From contig CAZWHC010000002.1 in assembly GCA_964633505.1 (NCBI GenBank), positions 55,002-119,001 of the forward strand: a DNA stretch of 64,000 nt, in the 5' to 3' direction. The DNA is from an uncultured Rikenellaceae bacterium (lineage in GTDB: Bacteria; Bacteroidota; Bacteroidia; Bacteroidales; VadinHA17). Below, one piece after another: positions 1 through 8,595 of the stretch. Numbering within the stretch: position 1 is the first letter of the stretch; the number at the start of each line of letters is the position of its first letter. Made by a program: the position numbers and the translations under genes. Below the pieces are notes generated by a model that was given only the letters and a program-made list of their open reading frames with translations, did no database searches and had not been told where the DNA came from.

Positions 1-561
1 GGTAAGGGGGGTGTAGACTGTGATGCATTAATAAAGTTTAAAAACTGCAAAGGTGGTACTTCATTAATTGTGGTAGAAACAAAATTTGTCGAGCCTGAAT
101 TCAGTAAATGTGGTTTCAGAAAAAGTGACCATGAAGACCAATGTCCCTTAAAAACACTTGTTGCACCAGATTTTTCTAATTGTCGGTATCATTACAAAAA
201 GCATTATAACTATTGGAGAGTTGCGGAAGAAAGCAATTTATTCAACATGGAAATGATTCAGAATCAACCATGTCCTTTCGGTGGTACATTGTGGCAATTA
301 TGGACAAACATGTCCTTAGCTTATGCCCTTTCAAAAGAATATTCATGTGATGATTTTTATTATTCGGTTATTTGTCATGAGAAAAACGATAAGCTATCAA
401 AGAAAGGGAAAACTTTTACCGACTTCAGAAAATTACTTAAAAATCCGAATAAGCTGAAAATCATTTACCTAAGCGATATAAGGAAAGCATTTGATGAAAT
501 AGGAAATAGATTTCCGGGAAACGATTGGACAAAGGAATTTGTTGAAAGATATTGCTTGTAG
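1..561 (+). CDS. PD-(D/E)xK-superfamily putative restriction endonuclease (PGN_0703-like), 5'-truncated by window edge
   Basis: Frame is open from base 1 (GKGGVDCDALIKF...IVVETKFVEPEFSKCG), giving a D..D-x(n)-ETK nuclease motif; C-terminal CPF..QLW..M.LA pattern. Confidence 0.6.
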   Translation, partial: GKGGVDCDALIKFKNCKGGTSLIVVETKFVEPEFSKCGFRKSDHEDQCPLKTLVAPDFSNCRYHYKKHYNYWRVAEESNLFNMEMIQNQPCPFGGTLWQLWTNMSLAYALSKEYSCDDFYYSVICHEKNDKLSKKGKTFTDFRKLLKNPNKLKIIYLSDIRKAFDEIGNRFPGNDWTKEFVERYCL

Positions 562-566
562 AATAT

Positions 567-980
567 TTATTCAAATTCGAACTCCAGTAAATCATTTTGA
601 TTATCAACCTCATGCCACAATCTTCTGGATATGATTTCTTCATATTCGTTTTCATCCGATAATTTCCACATGCTATAAGCATCAGGTTTATTGATGTGAC
701 AAACGGTTACTGTTAAAGCTTTATTTATCAGGTATAGCTGAAAATACAGGTATTCCTTTTCTAAATGCACATTCAACAACTTTGCTTTATCCAGATATGA
801 CCCTTCCCTGTAACAGTAAACAGAATTCACCCTAAGAGTTCCGGTTTGGGTACAAATACACTTAACATTGAAGTGGTACTGGTTTGGTGATACCAGACAC
901 CAAAACCGGGATAAAAGTGCTTTAAATCGCTTTCTTTGCCACCAGAAGAAGAAGTGAAGCTCATCAGTTAGTTTCATCAC
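567..980 (-). CDS. hypothetical protein
   Basis: 137-aa ORF; its start abuts the stop of the upstream ORF (981), operon-like. Confidence 0.6.
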   Translation of the reverse strand: MMKLTDELHFFFWWQRKRFKALLSRFWCLVSPNQYHFNVKCICTQTGTLRVNSVYCYREGSYLDKAKLLNVHLEKEYLYFQLYLINKALTVTVCHINKPDAYSMWKLSDENEYEEIISRRLWHEVDNQNDLLEFEFE

Positions 981-1409
981 CTATTGAAATTTTTCTCCAG
1001 TAATTCTATTGTTTTCTGCCTTTACCAAATCAACAATATCTTCCCAATTGATAAATAAAAATCTCGGTCTGTGAAAAAGACTTCGTTTTACCAACATTTC
1101 CTGACCAGTCGATGTATATCTTATTAAGAATGACACTACTCCATCTTTTTCTGAATAATCTATGTCATTTAGCTCCACACAAGCAAATCCTTCAGGACTT
1201 ACACATAAGTACTTTTGTTCCAACTCACAATTTTTTTTCCGTGAAAGAAGAATTTGCCAATGAGAGTATAAACCATTAGAATTCAATCCTTCAAATACAT
1301 CTTCAATCGATGGGAATCGCTCATTGTAGAATGCTTCATAAGGGTGTTCATCTTCAGCAATTTTGCTTTCAGTATATCCACTTAAAATGTTTTTATCATC
1401 TGCTTTCAT
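981..1409 (-). CDS. hypothetical protein
   Basis: 142-aa ORF downstream of the integrase, same strand. Confidence 0.65.
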   Translation of the reverse strand: MKADDKNILSGYTESKIAEDEHPYEAFYNERFPSIEDVFEGLNSNGLYSHWQILLSRKKNCELEQKYLCVSPEGFACVELNDIDYSEKDGVVSFLIRYTSTGQEMLVKRSLFHRPRFLFINWEDIVDLVKAENNRITGEKFQ

Positions 1410-1619
1410 ACTGTTTTCTTTTACTATAAATACAGACGAATGTAAAATCGAGCGATAAGGGGGGGTGGGTATCCAGTGCCACCCACTCCCTCCCCCGGTG
1501 GGGTACGTTTAGATACCGGGGTGCAACAAAAAGAAGGTTGAGAAAAAAATCCGGAAATTAAAAATTGGTCTTAAAAAACGGCAGGATGAAAAATTTTATA
1601 AAAATTAAAAATGAATCTG

Positions 1620-2954
1620 TTAATTGTTCTTTTTTGGTTTTGCCTTGGGTGTTATAAACGCCCGGTTCATTTCACTTTTCTTATATTCATCCGGAACTTT
1701 TATGTATCTTTTTAAGACTGAGTAACTCCCTTGACCTGTCCATGATAAAATGACTTCCAATGGGATTTTCTTTGTAACACAAATAGATATAAATGTATCA
1801 CGACCATTATGGCTTGTCCTCTTCTGCCACTTCAATTCATTAAACATATCTTCAAGATTGAGGTTGTATTTCTGATTACTGATTTTTAATGAGGATGTGT
1901 CATTGCCATATTTTTTAAGTATTGCTCTACTGAATTTATTTAAATCAATATATATCCTATTTTCATCTTTAACTTCTTCTGTCTTAACTGGATTTATAAC
2001 AATCCGACCCTTAATAATTTTTTCAGGAGTGATTTTGTCAATATCCGAATATCTAAGCCCGGTGCTGCATTGCAAAATGAAACGGTCTTTGGTTTTCTCC
2101 AAGACAGGAGTGGAAAATGTTTTTTGTGTTAATTCAATGAACTCATTGTACGATAACGGATTTGCTGCATTGGCTTTTTTCTTCCCTTTCTTAAAGTCTT
2201 CATCCATGAATGAATCATCCAGTTGTATTTTAAGTTCATGTCGTCTTTTGTAGTAATGCTTTAAAAATGTTTTTAAGACCGTGAACGATTTTTCGACCGT
2301 TGAAGTATCATATGGAACTCCGTTCATCCAAACGCTGAAATTGTCGCTGAAAGTTAGGGTCATGTCTTGGAAGAACAATTTCTTTCCGGTATGCTTTTCA
2401 TATTTTACTAATCTGTTTTTTACAGTAGTAAATTCTTTCCATGTACCACGGGCTGCACCGTTGGCTTTACGATACTCTACATATTCTTCAAGATATTCTG
2501 TGATACCTTTAACCTTGGACTGCTTTTCCGGTGGAAACAATTCAAGCAGTTTTTCAAAATCAGTACGGAATTTTTCAATGTTAGTGGCTATAACAGACGG
2601 TGTACGAAAACTCAGAGGAAGAACTTTTCGTTTATTCAGATAGTTCTCTACCGCATTATGCTTATCGGTAATGACTACATTCTTTTCATTGCATAACGGG
2701 TCTTTATCCAACACCTTTTGTTTCTTTTGAGACCAGTTTTGCGGATGAACCCATATTTCAGTGGAGATTCGCAATATTTTTTTCCTGTAATCCCCTGTAC
2801 CATGATATGAGTATTTGAGTATCTCAATATAAATCTTCACTTCTCCATCTGAATTTTTTTGCTTGAGGAGAACCATATTCCTTACTTTCCAGTCCGTTTT
2901 CCCGAAATAGTTTTGGATTATTTCCTGTACATTTACACCATCATTATCTGCCAT
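1620..2954 (-). CDS. tyrosine recombinase / phage-type integrase (arm-binding, SAM-like and catalytic domains)
   Basis: 444 aa; catalytic residues TGLRYSDI (R), KT (K), SHNGRDTF (HxxR), TGQ...LKRY (Y); Bacteroidota N-terminal pattern ISTEIWVHPQNW. Confidence 0.93.
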   Translation of the reverse strand: MADNDGVNVQEIIQNYFGKTDWKVRNMVLLKQKNSDGEVKIYIEILKYSYHGTGDYRKKILRISTEIWVHPQNWSQKKQKVLDKDPLCNEKNVVITDKHNAVENYLNKRKVLPLSFRTPSVIATNIEKFRTDFEKLLELFPPEKQSKVKGITEYLEEYVEYRKANGAARGTWKEFTTVKNRLVKYEKHTGKKLFFQDMTLTFSDNFSVWMNGVPYDTSTVEKSFTVLKTFLKHYYKRRHELKIQLDDSFMDEDFKKGKKKANAANPLSYNEFIELTQKTFSTPVLEKTKDRFILQCSTGLRYSDIDKITPEKIIKGRIVINPVKTEEVKDENRIYIDLNKFSRAILKKYGNDTSSLKISNQKYNLNLEDMFNELKWQKRTSHNGRDTFISICVTKKIPLEVILSWTGQGSYSVLKRYIKVPDEYKKSEMNRAFITPKAKPKKNN

Positions 2955-2955
2955 A

Positions 2956-3188
2956 GTAGTAGAAAATTAATCGGATACCCGGTAATGCTCATAAATATAG
3001 GTTATTATTACCAATTACCAATAGAAAAATGCAATAATTTATCAAATGTAGTAGAAAATCTATAATTGATTATCAGTTAGATAGCTATATAATATAATCT
3101 TCTCACCCCGACTTTTAAAATCACAAGACCGTTGTTAATCAATTGATTACAACGGTCTTTTTCTTTGTGGTGGAAAATATGGTGGATT
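2956..3188 (+). mobile_element. att junction: tRNA-Pro 3'-end core with flanking arm-type repeats and hairpin
   Basis: Core AATCTTCTCACCCCGAC at 3096-3112 fits tRNA positions 58-74 with the tRNA-Pro G72/A73 identity. Repeats GTAGTAGAAAAT at 2956 and 3048, GTGGTGGAAAAT at 3167, ATGGTGGATT at 3179. Inverted repeat AAGACCGTTGT/ACAACGGTCTT at 3125-3159. Confidence 0.8.
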
Positions 3189-3194
3189 AAATAG

Positions 3195-3326
3195 TTACTT
3201 TAAAGAGGCAACTTTCTGAATTTTTTGTAATTTTTCTATAATTTTTAAAGATTGAAAAGTAGTTCTATTTTCTTCAAACCACTTTTCGTATTCATCAGAA
3301 TATATGTCAAAAGGATTTTGAACCAT
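3195..3326 (-). pseudogene. truncated class I SAM-dependent methyltransferase (N-terminus only)
   Basis: ATG directly follows the DsrE stop; MVQNPFDIYSDEYEKWFEEN resembles the FD..A..YD.WF N-terminus of UbiE-like methyltransferases; ends after 43 aa at the att arm. Confidence 0.5.
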
Positions 3327-3686
3327 TCAGAATGTAACCACCTTGTCACTATCAACGACCCAGTTGGTGAATTCAGCCATACTACTTATTTCTGCTCCTT
3401 CTATTAACGGAGCACTCTTTAAACCTCTGGCTTCAGCGCAACCACCACATATTTTGACTTTTCCCCCTTTTGCAAGGACGGCTTTTATCATCCTTTCGAT
3501 ATTGTAGTATCCATTGGGTGTGTTTTGATTTGCCAATGCGCAATTTGCAGCATCTGCCATTAAAAATACCCGCACCTCTGTATCAGCATGGTCTTTCCCA
3601 AGTTGCATTGCCAGCCGTAGTGCATTATACGCTTTTTCTGTTCCGTAAGGAGCATCGTTTATAACGATTAAGATTTTCTGTGCCAT
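3327..3686 (-). CDS. DsrE/YchN family protein
   Basis: 119 aa; NDAPYGTEKAYNALRLA, FLMADA, CGGCAEARG motifs. Confidence 0.9.
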   Translation of the reverse strand: MAQKILIVINDAPYGTEKAYNALRLAMQLGKDHADTEVRVFLMADAANCALANQNTPNGYYNIERMIKAVLAKGGKVKICGGCAEARGLKSAPLIEGAEISSMAEFTNWVVDSDKVVTF

Positions 3687-3712
3687 TTGAATAATTTTAA
3701 TATGAAGTGGTG

Positions 3713-3720
3713 CAAAGTTA
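3713..3720 (-). promoter_or_regulatory. Bacteroidota -7 promoter element (TAACTTTG) upstream of the DsrE gene
   Basis: Matches the TAnnTTTG consensus about 27 bp upstream of the start. Confidence 0.55.
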
Positions 3721-3737
3721 GGAACAATTGGAATTAA

Positions 3738-4184
3738 TTATGGGGATAGATATTTGCGTTGTAAAATGTAATCTATAGACATTTTACCTGCCCCATAAAT
3801 AAGAAGAAAAATAATAAGCATTGTCATGGCAAAATCCGTTCTTGAATCATGAGCCATCTGCCAGAATCCCTTTTCTATCAATATCGGTATCTTGGTCGTT
3901 GTGATTGCAGTAATCATTATTGTGAGTAAAGGGATTGCAGCAACTCTGATTGAAAAACCAATCAGTATAAGTACACCACAAACAATTTCAAACGATGCCA
4001 CAAATGCCGCCAGAAATTCTGGATTTGCAAATCCTATCTTTTCGAAACGACCTGCACCGATAAATTCAGGAAAAAGGAATTTCTGGATTCCTTCCGAAAG
4101 AAAGACCAAACCCACAATCAATCTTGGCAAAATTGACCTGTAGTCATCAACTGTTTTAAAAACAATGCTTTGAATTTTCTTCAT
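3738..4184 (-). CDS. DoxX family membrane protein
   Basis: RLIVGLVFLSEGIQK, EIVCGVLILIG..R.AAIPL; 4 hydrophobic segments. Confidence 0.9.
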   Translation of the reverse strand: MKKIQSIVFKTVDDYRSILPRLIVGLVFLSEGIQKFLFPEFIGAGRFEKIGFANPEFLAAFVASFEIVCGVLILIGFSIRVAAIPLLTIMITAITTTKIPILIEKGFWQMAHDSRTDFAMTMLIIFLLIYGAGKMSIDYILQRKYLSP

Positions 4185-4196
4185 GGTCTGGTAAAT

Positions 4197-4970
4197 TTAT
4201 ATAATTCCTACCCCCAAGGCTAATGCAATCAGAAATAGCATAAAGGATACCAATACCTGAACGAACCTTAAAGTTACCTTCTTTAACAATCTGCTTCCTA
4301 TAAATGCTCCTATTATGGCTGACAGTGTTGCAGAGATTATTAGTATCAAATGTTCATGCAGGTTTGCTTCTTTAAACCGTGTTGCATAGACTGAAAGTCT
4401 TGTAAAGTCAACCAAAGATGCTATAATAACACCTGTTGCGATATATGCTTCTTTGGATAATCCGCTTTTGATAAGAAATGCACTTCTGATAGCACCTTGA
4501 ATTCCAGTCAATCCACCAAAAAATCCACTGAGAACCCCACCCAGAGCGAGTTTATTCCTGCTGAACTGAACTTTTTGCACAGACGGCATGATTTCAAGCA
4601 AAGAAAAGATAATTAAAAGTATGGCTATTATAAGTTTTACAGGGGTAATTTCAAAATTCCTATCCCATAATTGATATTCAACAAGAGAAGGCATCATTGT
4701 TATTCTGAGTAATAACCATGCACCTGCAAATGATGCAAGAATTGCAGGAATGCCAAACTTTAACAGAACCTCTTTATCTGCCCGTTTTCCAACAAGCGAC
4801 ATCTTAAATAAATTGTTGGAAAAATGAACTACACCTGTTAACGCAATTGCAATTTCTACTGGAAAAAAGATTGCAAATACGGGCATTAAGATTGTTCCAA
4901 GACCAAATCCAGAAAAGAATGTAAGGATGGCAGTAAAAAAAGCAGCCAAACTAATGACAATTATCTCCAT
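4197..4970 (-). CDS. sulfite exporter TauE/SafE family protein
   Basis: SGFGLGTILMP and GFFGGLTGIQGAIRS repeat motifs; likely start ATG at 4970 (MEIIVISL). Confidence 0.88.
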   Translation of the reverse strand: MEIIVISLAAFFTAILTFFSGFGLGTILMPVFAIFFPVEIAIALTGVVHFSNNLFKMSLVGKRADKEVLLKFGIPAILASFAGAWLLLRITMMPSLVEYQLWDRNFEITPVKLIIAILLIIFSLLEIMPSVQKVQFSRNKLALGGVLSGFFGGLTGIQGAIRSAFLIKSGLSKEAYIATGVIIASLVDFTRLSVYATRFKEANLHEHLILIISATLSAIIGAFIGSRLLKKVTLRFVQVLVSFMLFLIALALGVGII

Positions 4971-5042
4971 GTAGCAATATTCAATTTTAAACACGATTAC
5001 CAGCAATAAGGTTCAAAATGGCAACCACAGTTTAGATTTCTG

Positions 5043-7115
5043 TTATCTTATAGTAATTGGGTAGGTCAGTTTTAAGAATCCAATATATTTGCTTTGAAAT
5101 ACCCCTTTAGAGTCTATGTATTCGGTATGATTAACAATGAAATACAAGTAACCAAATGGTGGCTTAAATCGCCATCCAGTCAAGCCATAGACATATATTT
5201 TGTCAGTAGAACTATTTGTCTGGCAGATTAATTTTATCCAAAGGTTATTTGTGAAGTTATAAGTAGTTGAAATACTGTTTATAAAAGCCGTTTTGAAGTC
5301 AATTGTCTCTGGATAAAAATGTATATACCTTGGCTTTAATTCAAGTGCCAGTTTGTTCAAAACCTTTAATTGCAGACCAGACTCAATAGAATAATAATCA
5401 GAACCAAAACTGCGACCTTTTCTTACCATTAGTGAAGCATGATTATAGGCTTCAATATTATAACCCAATGTAGCGGAATAATAGAAGTTATAGTAATCAG
5501 TATTCTCAGAGGTTATATACCTGTATTCATTATTATACCTGAGGTCAAGATTAAATTTATTTGTAAAATAGAATTGGACTGACTCATTAATGTTCCAACT
5601 CATAAATTTTGAAAAATCATCATTCCAGTAAATATTGTTTGCGGTGCTAAAGTTGATGTATTTAAAAACTGATTTTTTAATCCACCATTTATATGATAAA
5701 TCTGAATCAAATTCGTTTCGATTATCGTCATTTAGATATCCAGTCTCATTGAAAATATCTTTTAGTCCTTCTCCTTCAAGATAAGAATACCTGATATGCC
5801 AATGGAAAAAGTTGTTTTCTGCCGCAAACCTTACATATCCCGTATTGCGTAAAACATTCCAGTTGTCTACTGCAGCAACATACTGACCAGTAAATTTCCA
5901 GAGCGAACCGAGATTCAAAACATAATCAGGACTAAATGTTGAAATCATCCTGTTACCGATAAGTTTATTGGTTGTCGTGAAGCCAAGACTTGATGATTTC
6001 AAAATATCTCTCTTTACTCTGAATGCTGTATACATCGGCTTAGCACCAGATGAATCAATGGAATTTTTATCAAAGGCATTAATAAAATTGACGTTGGTTC
6101 TACCTGCTTTACCTGTCAATTTTATGCCTGCGGATATATCTCCTACACGTCTCGAATAGAAAGTTTTTAAACGTGTTTGATACATTTCGTTGCCTTCCTG
6201 AAAGAAAACCCTTTTTTCAGGATATTGTATCTCATATTTCGTAAGGTCAATGACATCTTCGTCAGCCTCAACTGTGGCGAAATCTGGATTTACAGTTATG
6301 TTTGAAGTTAAATTTGAATTTATTTGCCAGTTTATATCACCACCAATTTGATTTTCAAATATATATTTGTCCCAATTGGCATTTGTAGTTGTGACTTTCC
6401 CCATACCATATGGAATGAGTAATATGGTATTCTTTGTTGCCCCTGGACTTAAATTAAGAAGTTTTCCAGATGACGATATTTTATACTCTTCAGTAACACT
6501 TTTTGCCCAGTAGGAAATTTCAGATTTTTCCCGCACCATTCGTCTGAAGTTTATTTGCCAATCGGATTGATTTTTTTTGAATTTTATACTATTAAATGGA
6601 ATCACCATTTCGGCAAACCAACCCCAATCATATATTTGTGCACTGGAATTCCATTCAGTATCCCAATTATAATCAATTGTACGACCATCATCCATTATTC
6701 TGGAATCAGTTTGCGTCCCTAATGGATTAAGGGCAAAGCAATAGGCATTCCTGTTGTCATTAAAAGTCCCAAGAATAATAAATATACCATCATCACTTTG
6801 AGCAAATCTATCTCGAACCTGTATTTTACCTGTGACAGGTACATCCTGATAACAAGCGATACCGAAATAGATTGCTTTTTCATCCTGCATGACAATGATT
6901 CTGGTGTTTGATATAGTAGTGTCACCATTTAGTGGCTCAAGTTGAATAAAATTATAATTCATCAGGAGTGAATCAATATCATCAAATTTACCATCAATTG
7001 CGGGTAAAGTTTTTACTGGGAATACTTCTATATTTCGTTGCCCTGATACAGTGACAAAAAGAAAGAAAAGAAGAGAAGTATATATCGCTTTTTGTAAATT
7101 TTGTAGAATTGCCAT
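5043..7115 (-). CDS. DUF5916 / carbohydrate-binding family 9-like outer-membrane protein
   Basis: Signal peptide; W.AEMVIPFNSIKF, TVNPDFATVEAD, PEKRVFFQEG..F, YSRRVG motifs. Confidence 0.85.
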   Translation of the reverse strand: MAILQNLQKAIYTSLLFFLFVTVSGQRNIEVFPVKTLPAIDGKFDDIDSLLMNYNFIQLEPLNGDTTISNTRIIVMQDEKAIYFGIACYQDVPVTGKIQVRDRFAQSDDGIFIILGTFNDNRNAYCFALNPLGTQTDSRIMDDGRTIDYNWDTEWNSSAQIYDWGWFAEMVIPFNSIKFKKNQSDWQINFRRMVREKSEISYWAKSVTEEYKISSSGKLLNLSPGATKNTILLIPYGMGKVTTTNANWDKYIFENQIGGDINWQINSNLTSNITVNPDFATVEADEDVIDLTKYEIQYPEKRVFFQEGNEMYQTRLKTFYSRRVGDISAGIKLTGKAGRTNVNFINAFDKNSIDSSGAKPMYTAFRVKRDILKSSSLGFTTTNKLIGNRMISTFSPDYVLNLGSLWKFTGQYVAAVDNWNVLRNTGYVRFAAENNFFHWHIRYSYLEGEGLKDIFNETGYLNDDNRNEFDSDLSYKWWIKKSVFKYINFSTANNIYWNDDFSKFMSWNINESVQFYFTNKFNLDLRYNNEYRYITSENTDYYNFYYSATLGYNIEAYNHASLMVRKGRSFGSDYYSIESGLQLKVLNKLALELKPRYIHFYPETIDFKTAFINSISTTYNFTNNLWIKLICQTNSSTDKIYVYGLTGWRFKPPFGYLYFIVNHTEYIDSKGVFQSKYIGFLKLTYPITIR

Positions 7116-7343
7116 CCGTATTTAATGCTATCTAAAACAAATAAAGTGATTAAATATGAATATCTGAAGGAGATTTTTGCGGAGCGAATTTTATTAACTG
7201 TTTTTTTAAGGTTTCGGGGGCGGGTGCAAAATTGTTGCAACCTATGTAAGTGTTTAAAATGAGCATGTTGCGCAGGAGCAATCTTGTGTTTGTTGAGATA
7301 ATACACGCTTGCATTGCACTGAGCATTGGAGACGCTTTGTTTT

Positions 7344-7551
7344 CTCACCCCGACAAAAGAAAAAGCCTTTCCTCGCCTTCTGGCGGGGGAGGGCTTTGTT
7401 TTTCAGTTGTGTTGAAAGCTTGCTTTCATAAGCAAATGGAAAACAAAGCCCTAAATGAGCGAAGCGAACTAAAGGCTTTTTCTTTTAAGTCACCTCTATG
7501 GAAGTCCGCGAGTCCGACCGGAGGGAGGACGAGCAATCTTCTCACCTCGAC
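7344..7551 (+). mobile_element. ~180-bp nested-hairpin mini-element bounded by two tRNA-Pro att copies
   Basis: CTCACCCCGAC at 7344-7354 and AATCTTCTCACCTCGAC at 7535-7551; perfect 16-bp IR AAAAGAAAAAGCCTTT (7355-7370) / AAAGGCTTTTTCTTTT (7471-7486); inner IR AGGGCTTTGTTTT / AAAACAAAGCCCT. Confidence 0.6.
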
Positions 7552-7559
7552 ATTTAAAT

Positions 7560-7632
7560 AAAATGGCCTTGTAAATCAAATATTTACAGGGCCATTTTCA
7601 TTATTAGTACAAAAAGTAGTACAAAAATCTTT
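7560..7632 (+). repeat. element-end sequence copy 1 (hairpin plus tandem TAGTACAAAAA arm-type sites)
   Basis: Hairpin AAAATGGCCTTGTAAAT-CAAAT-ATTTACAGGGCCATTTT; TAGTACAAAAA at 7605 and 7617; about 90% identical (about 7 differences in 72 bp, counted by hand) to 16677-16748. Confidence 0.85.
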
Positions 7633-8511
7633 AAACTTCAACCGATTGGAAAAGAAGATGTAGTTGATCGTTTACTTGAGATTTATGGTAAACGGAATTA
7701 TTACGAGAAAGCAAAAGGGGGAATGCATGAGTTTTTCGGAATGTGTTATTGCGATGAAGTTCTAAAATACTTATTAGTGGCACGATCGAACCTTGATTGG
7801 GAGAAAAATATAGTTGATGCCACCCTGATGTCAATCATTTTGATTTACCTACATGCAAAACTTGGTGAAGGACTGTCAAATCAAATGAGAATGACAAAAT
7901 CAATGGGGATGAACTATTCTATAAATTGGTGAAAGAAACATAATATGATTTTACCTCCAGAGATTAATCCATGCGAATTAATCTTAGATAAAATTAATTG
8001 GCGTTATGATAAAGGTAAACCAAATATTACTGAAAATGCAGTTGTATTTGCGGATAGCGCAAATAAATTAAAATTAATCACAGAAAGAGCCATTAAATAC
8101 GACATCAAATTTTCTTTGCTATTCACGTCTCCACCCTATTATTCTATTACTGATTATTATGGGGAGCAGTGGTTAAGACACTGGTTATTAGAGGATACAG
8201 CCAGCTCGCAATCTTTAAAAGAGAAATATAAAGGACGATTTATAAATAAACAAGAATATTACGATTTGCTTGATATTGTATTTGGATTTTGTTCAAAAAT
8301 GATGAATGAAAATAGCACAATCTATGTTCGGACAGATAAAAGAGAGTTTACATTCAAATCGACTTTGGAAATTCTAATTAAGCATCTTCCATATCATAAA
8401 GTTGAAGTTATTGATAAGCCGTTGAAAACTAAAACACGAACACAAACAAAACTATACGGAGATAAATCAATGAAGCCAGGCGAAGTGGATATTATATTAA
8501 CAAACAAGTGA
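7630..8511 (+). pseudogene. DNA modification methyltransferase (SPPY-type) pseudogene, 5'-truncated with an in-frame stop
   Basis: ORFs 7723-7932 and 7945-8511 are in the same frame, separated by one TGA (SINW*KKHNM); the frame stays open back into the arm repeat; FTSPPYY motif IV present, motif I absent. Confidence 0.78.
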
Positions 8512-8595
8512 CTATACTCCAATTTTCGTAATCTTCATGGATGCTTTGCAGTGAGGCAATGTGTAGGTTGAAACTTTAGCTTTAATAGTCTGTAA

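Noticed and set aside
1897-2643. Plus-strand ORFs opposite the integrase, and the many similar antisense or nested ORFs across the window
   Set aside because: They are shadows of well-supported genes on the opposite strand and have no motifs of their own
3096-3112. Possible tRNA-Pro gene
   Set aside because: Only positions ~58-74 are present; upstream DNA is AT-rich and cannot form D or anticodon arms, so it is an att remnant (same for 7344, 7535 and 16652)
7250-7561. 103-aa ORF over the hairpin mini-element
   Set aside because: No recognisable protein features; the sequence is explained by inverted repeats and att copies
7921-7944. Possible programmed TGA readthrough or selenocysteine in the methyltransferase
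   Set aside because: The context (W*K, likely WW) and simultaneous 5' truncation favour a nonsense mutation; no SECIS-like evidence; other genes use TGA as a normal stop
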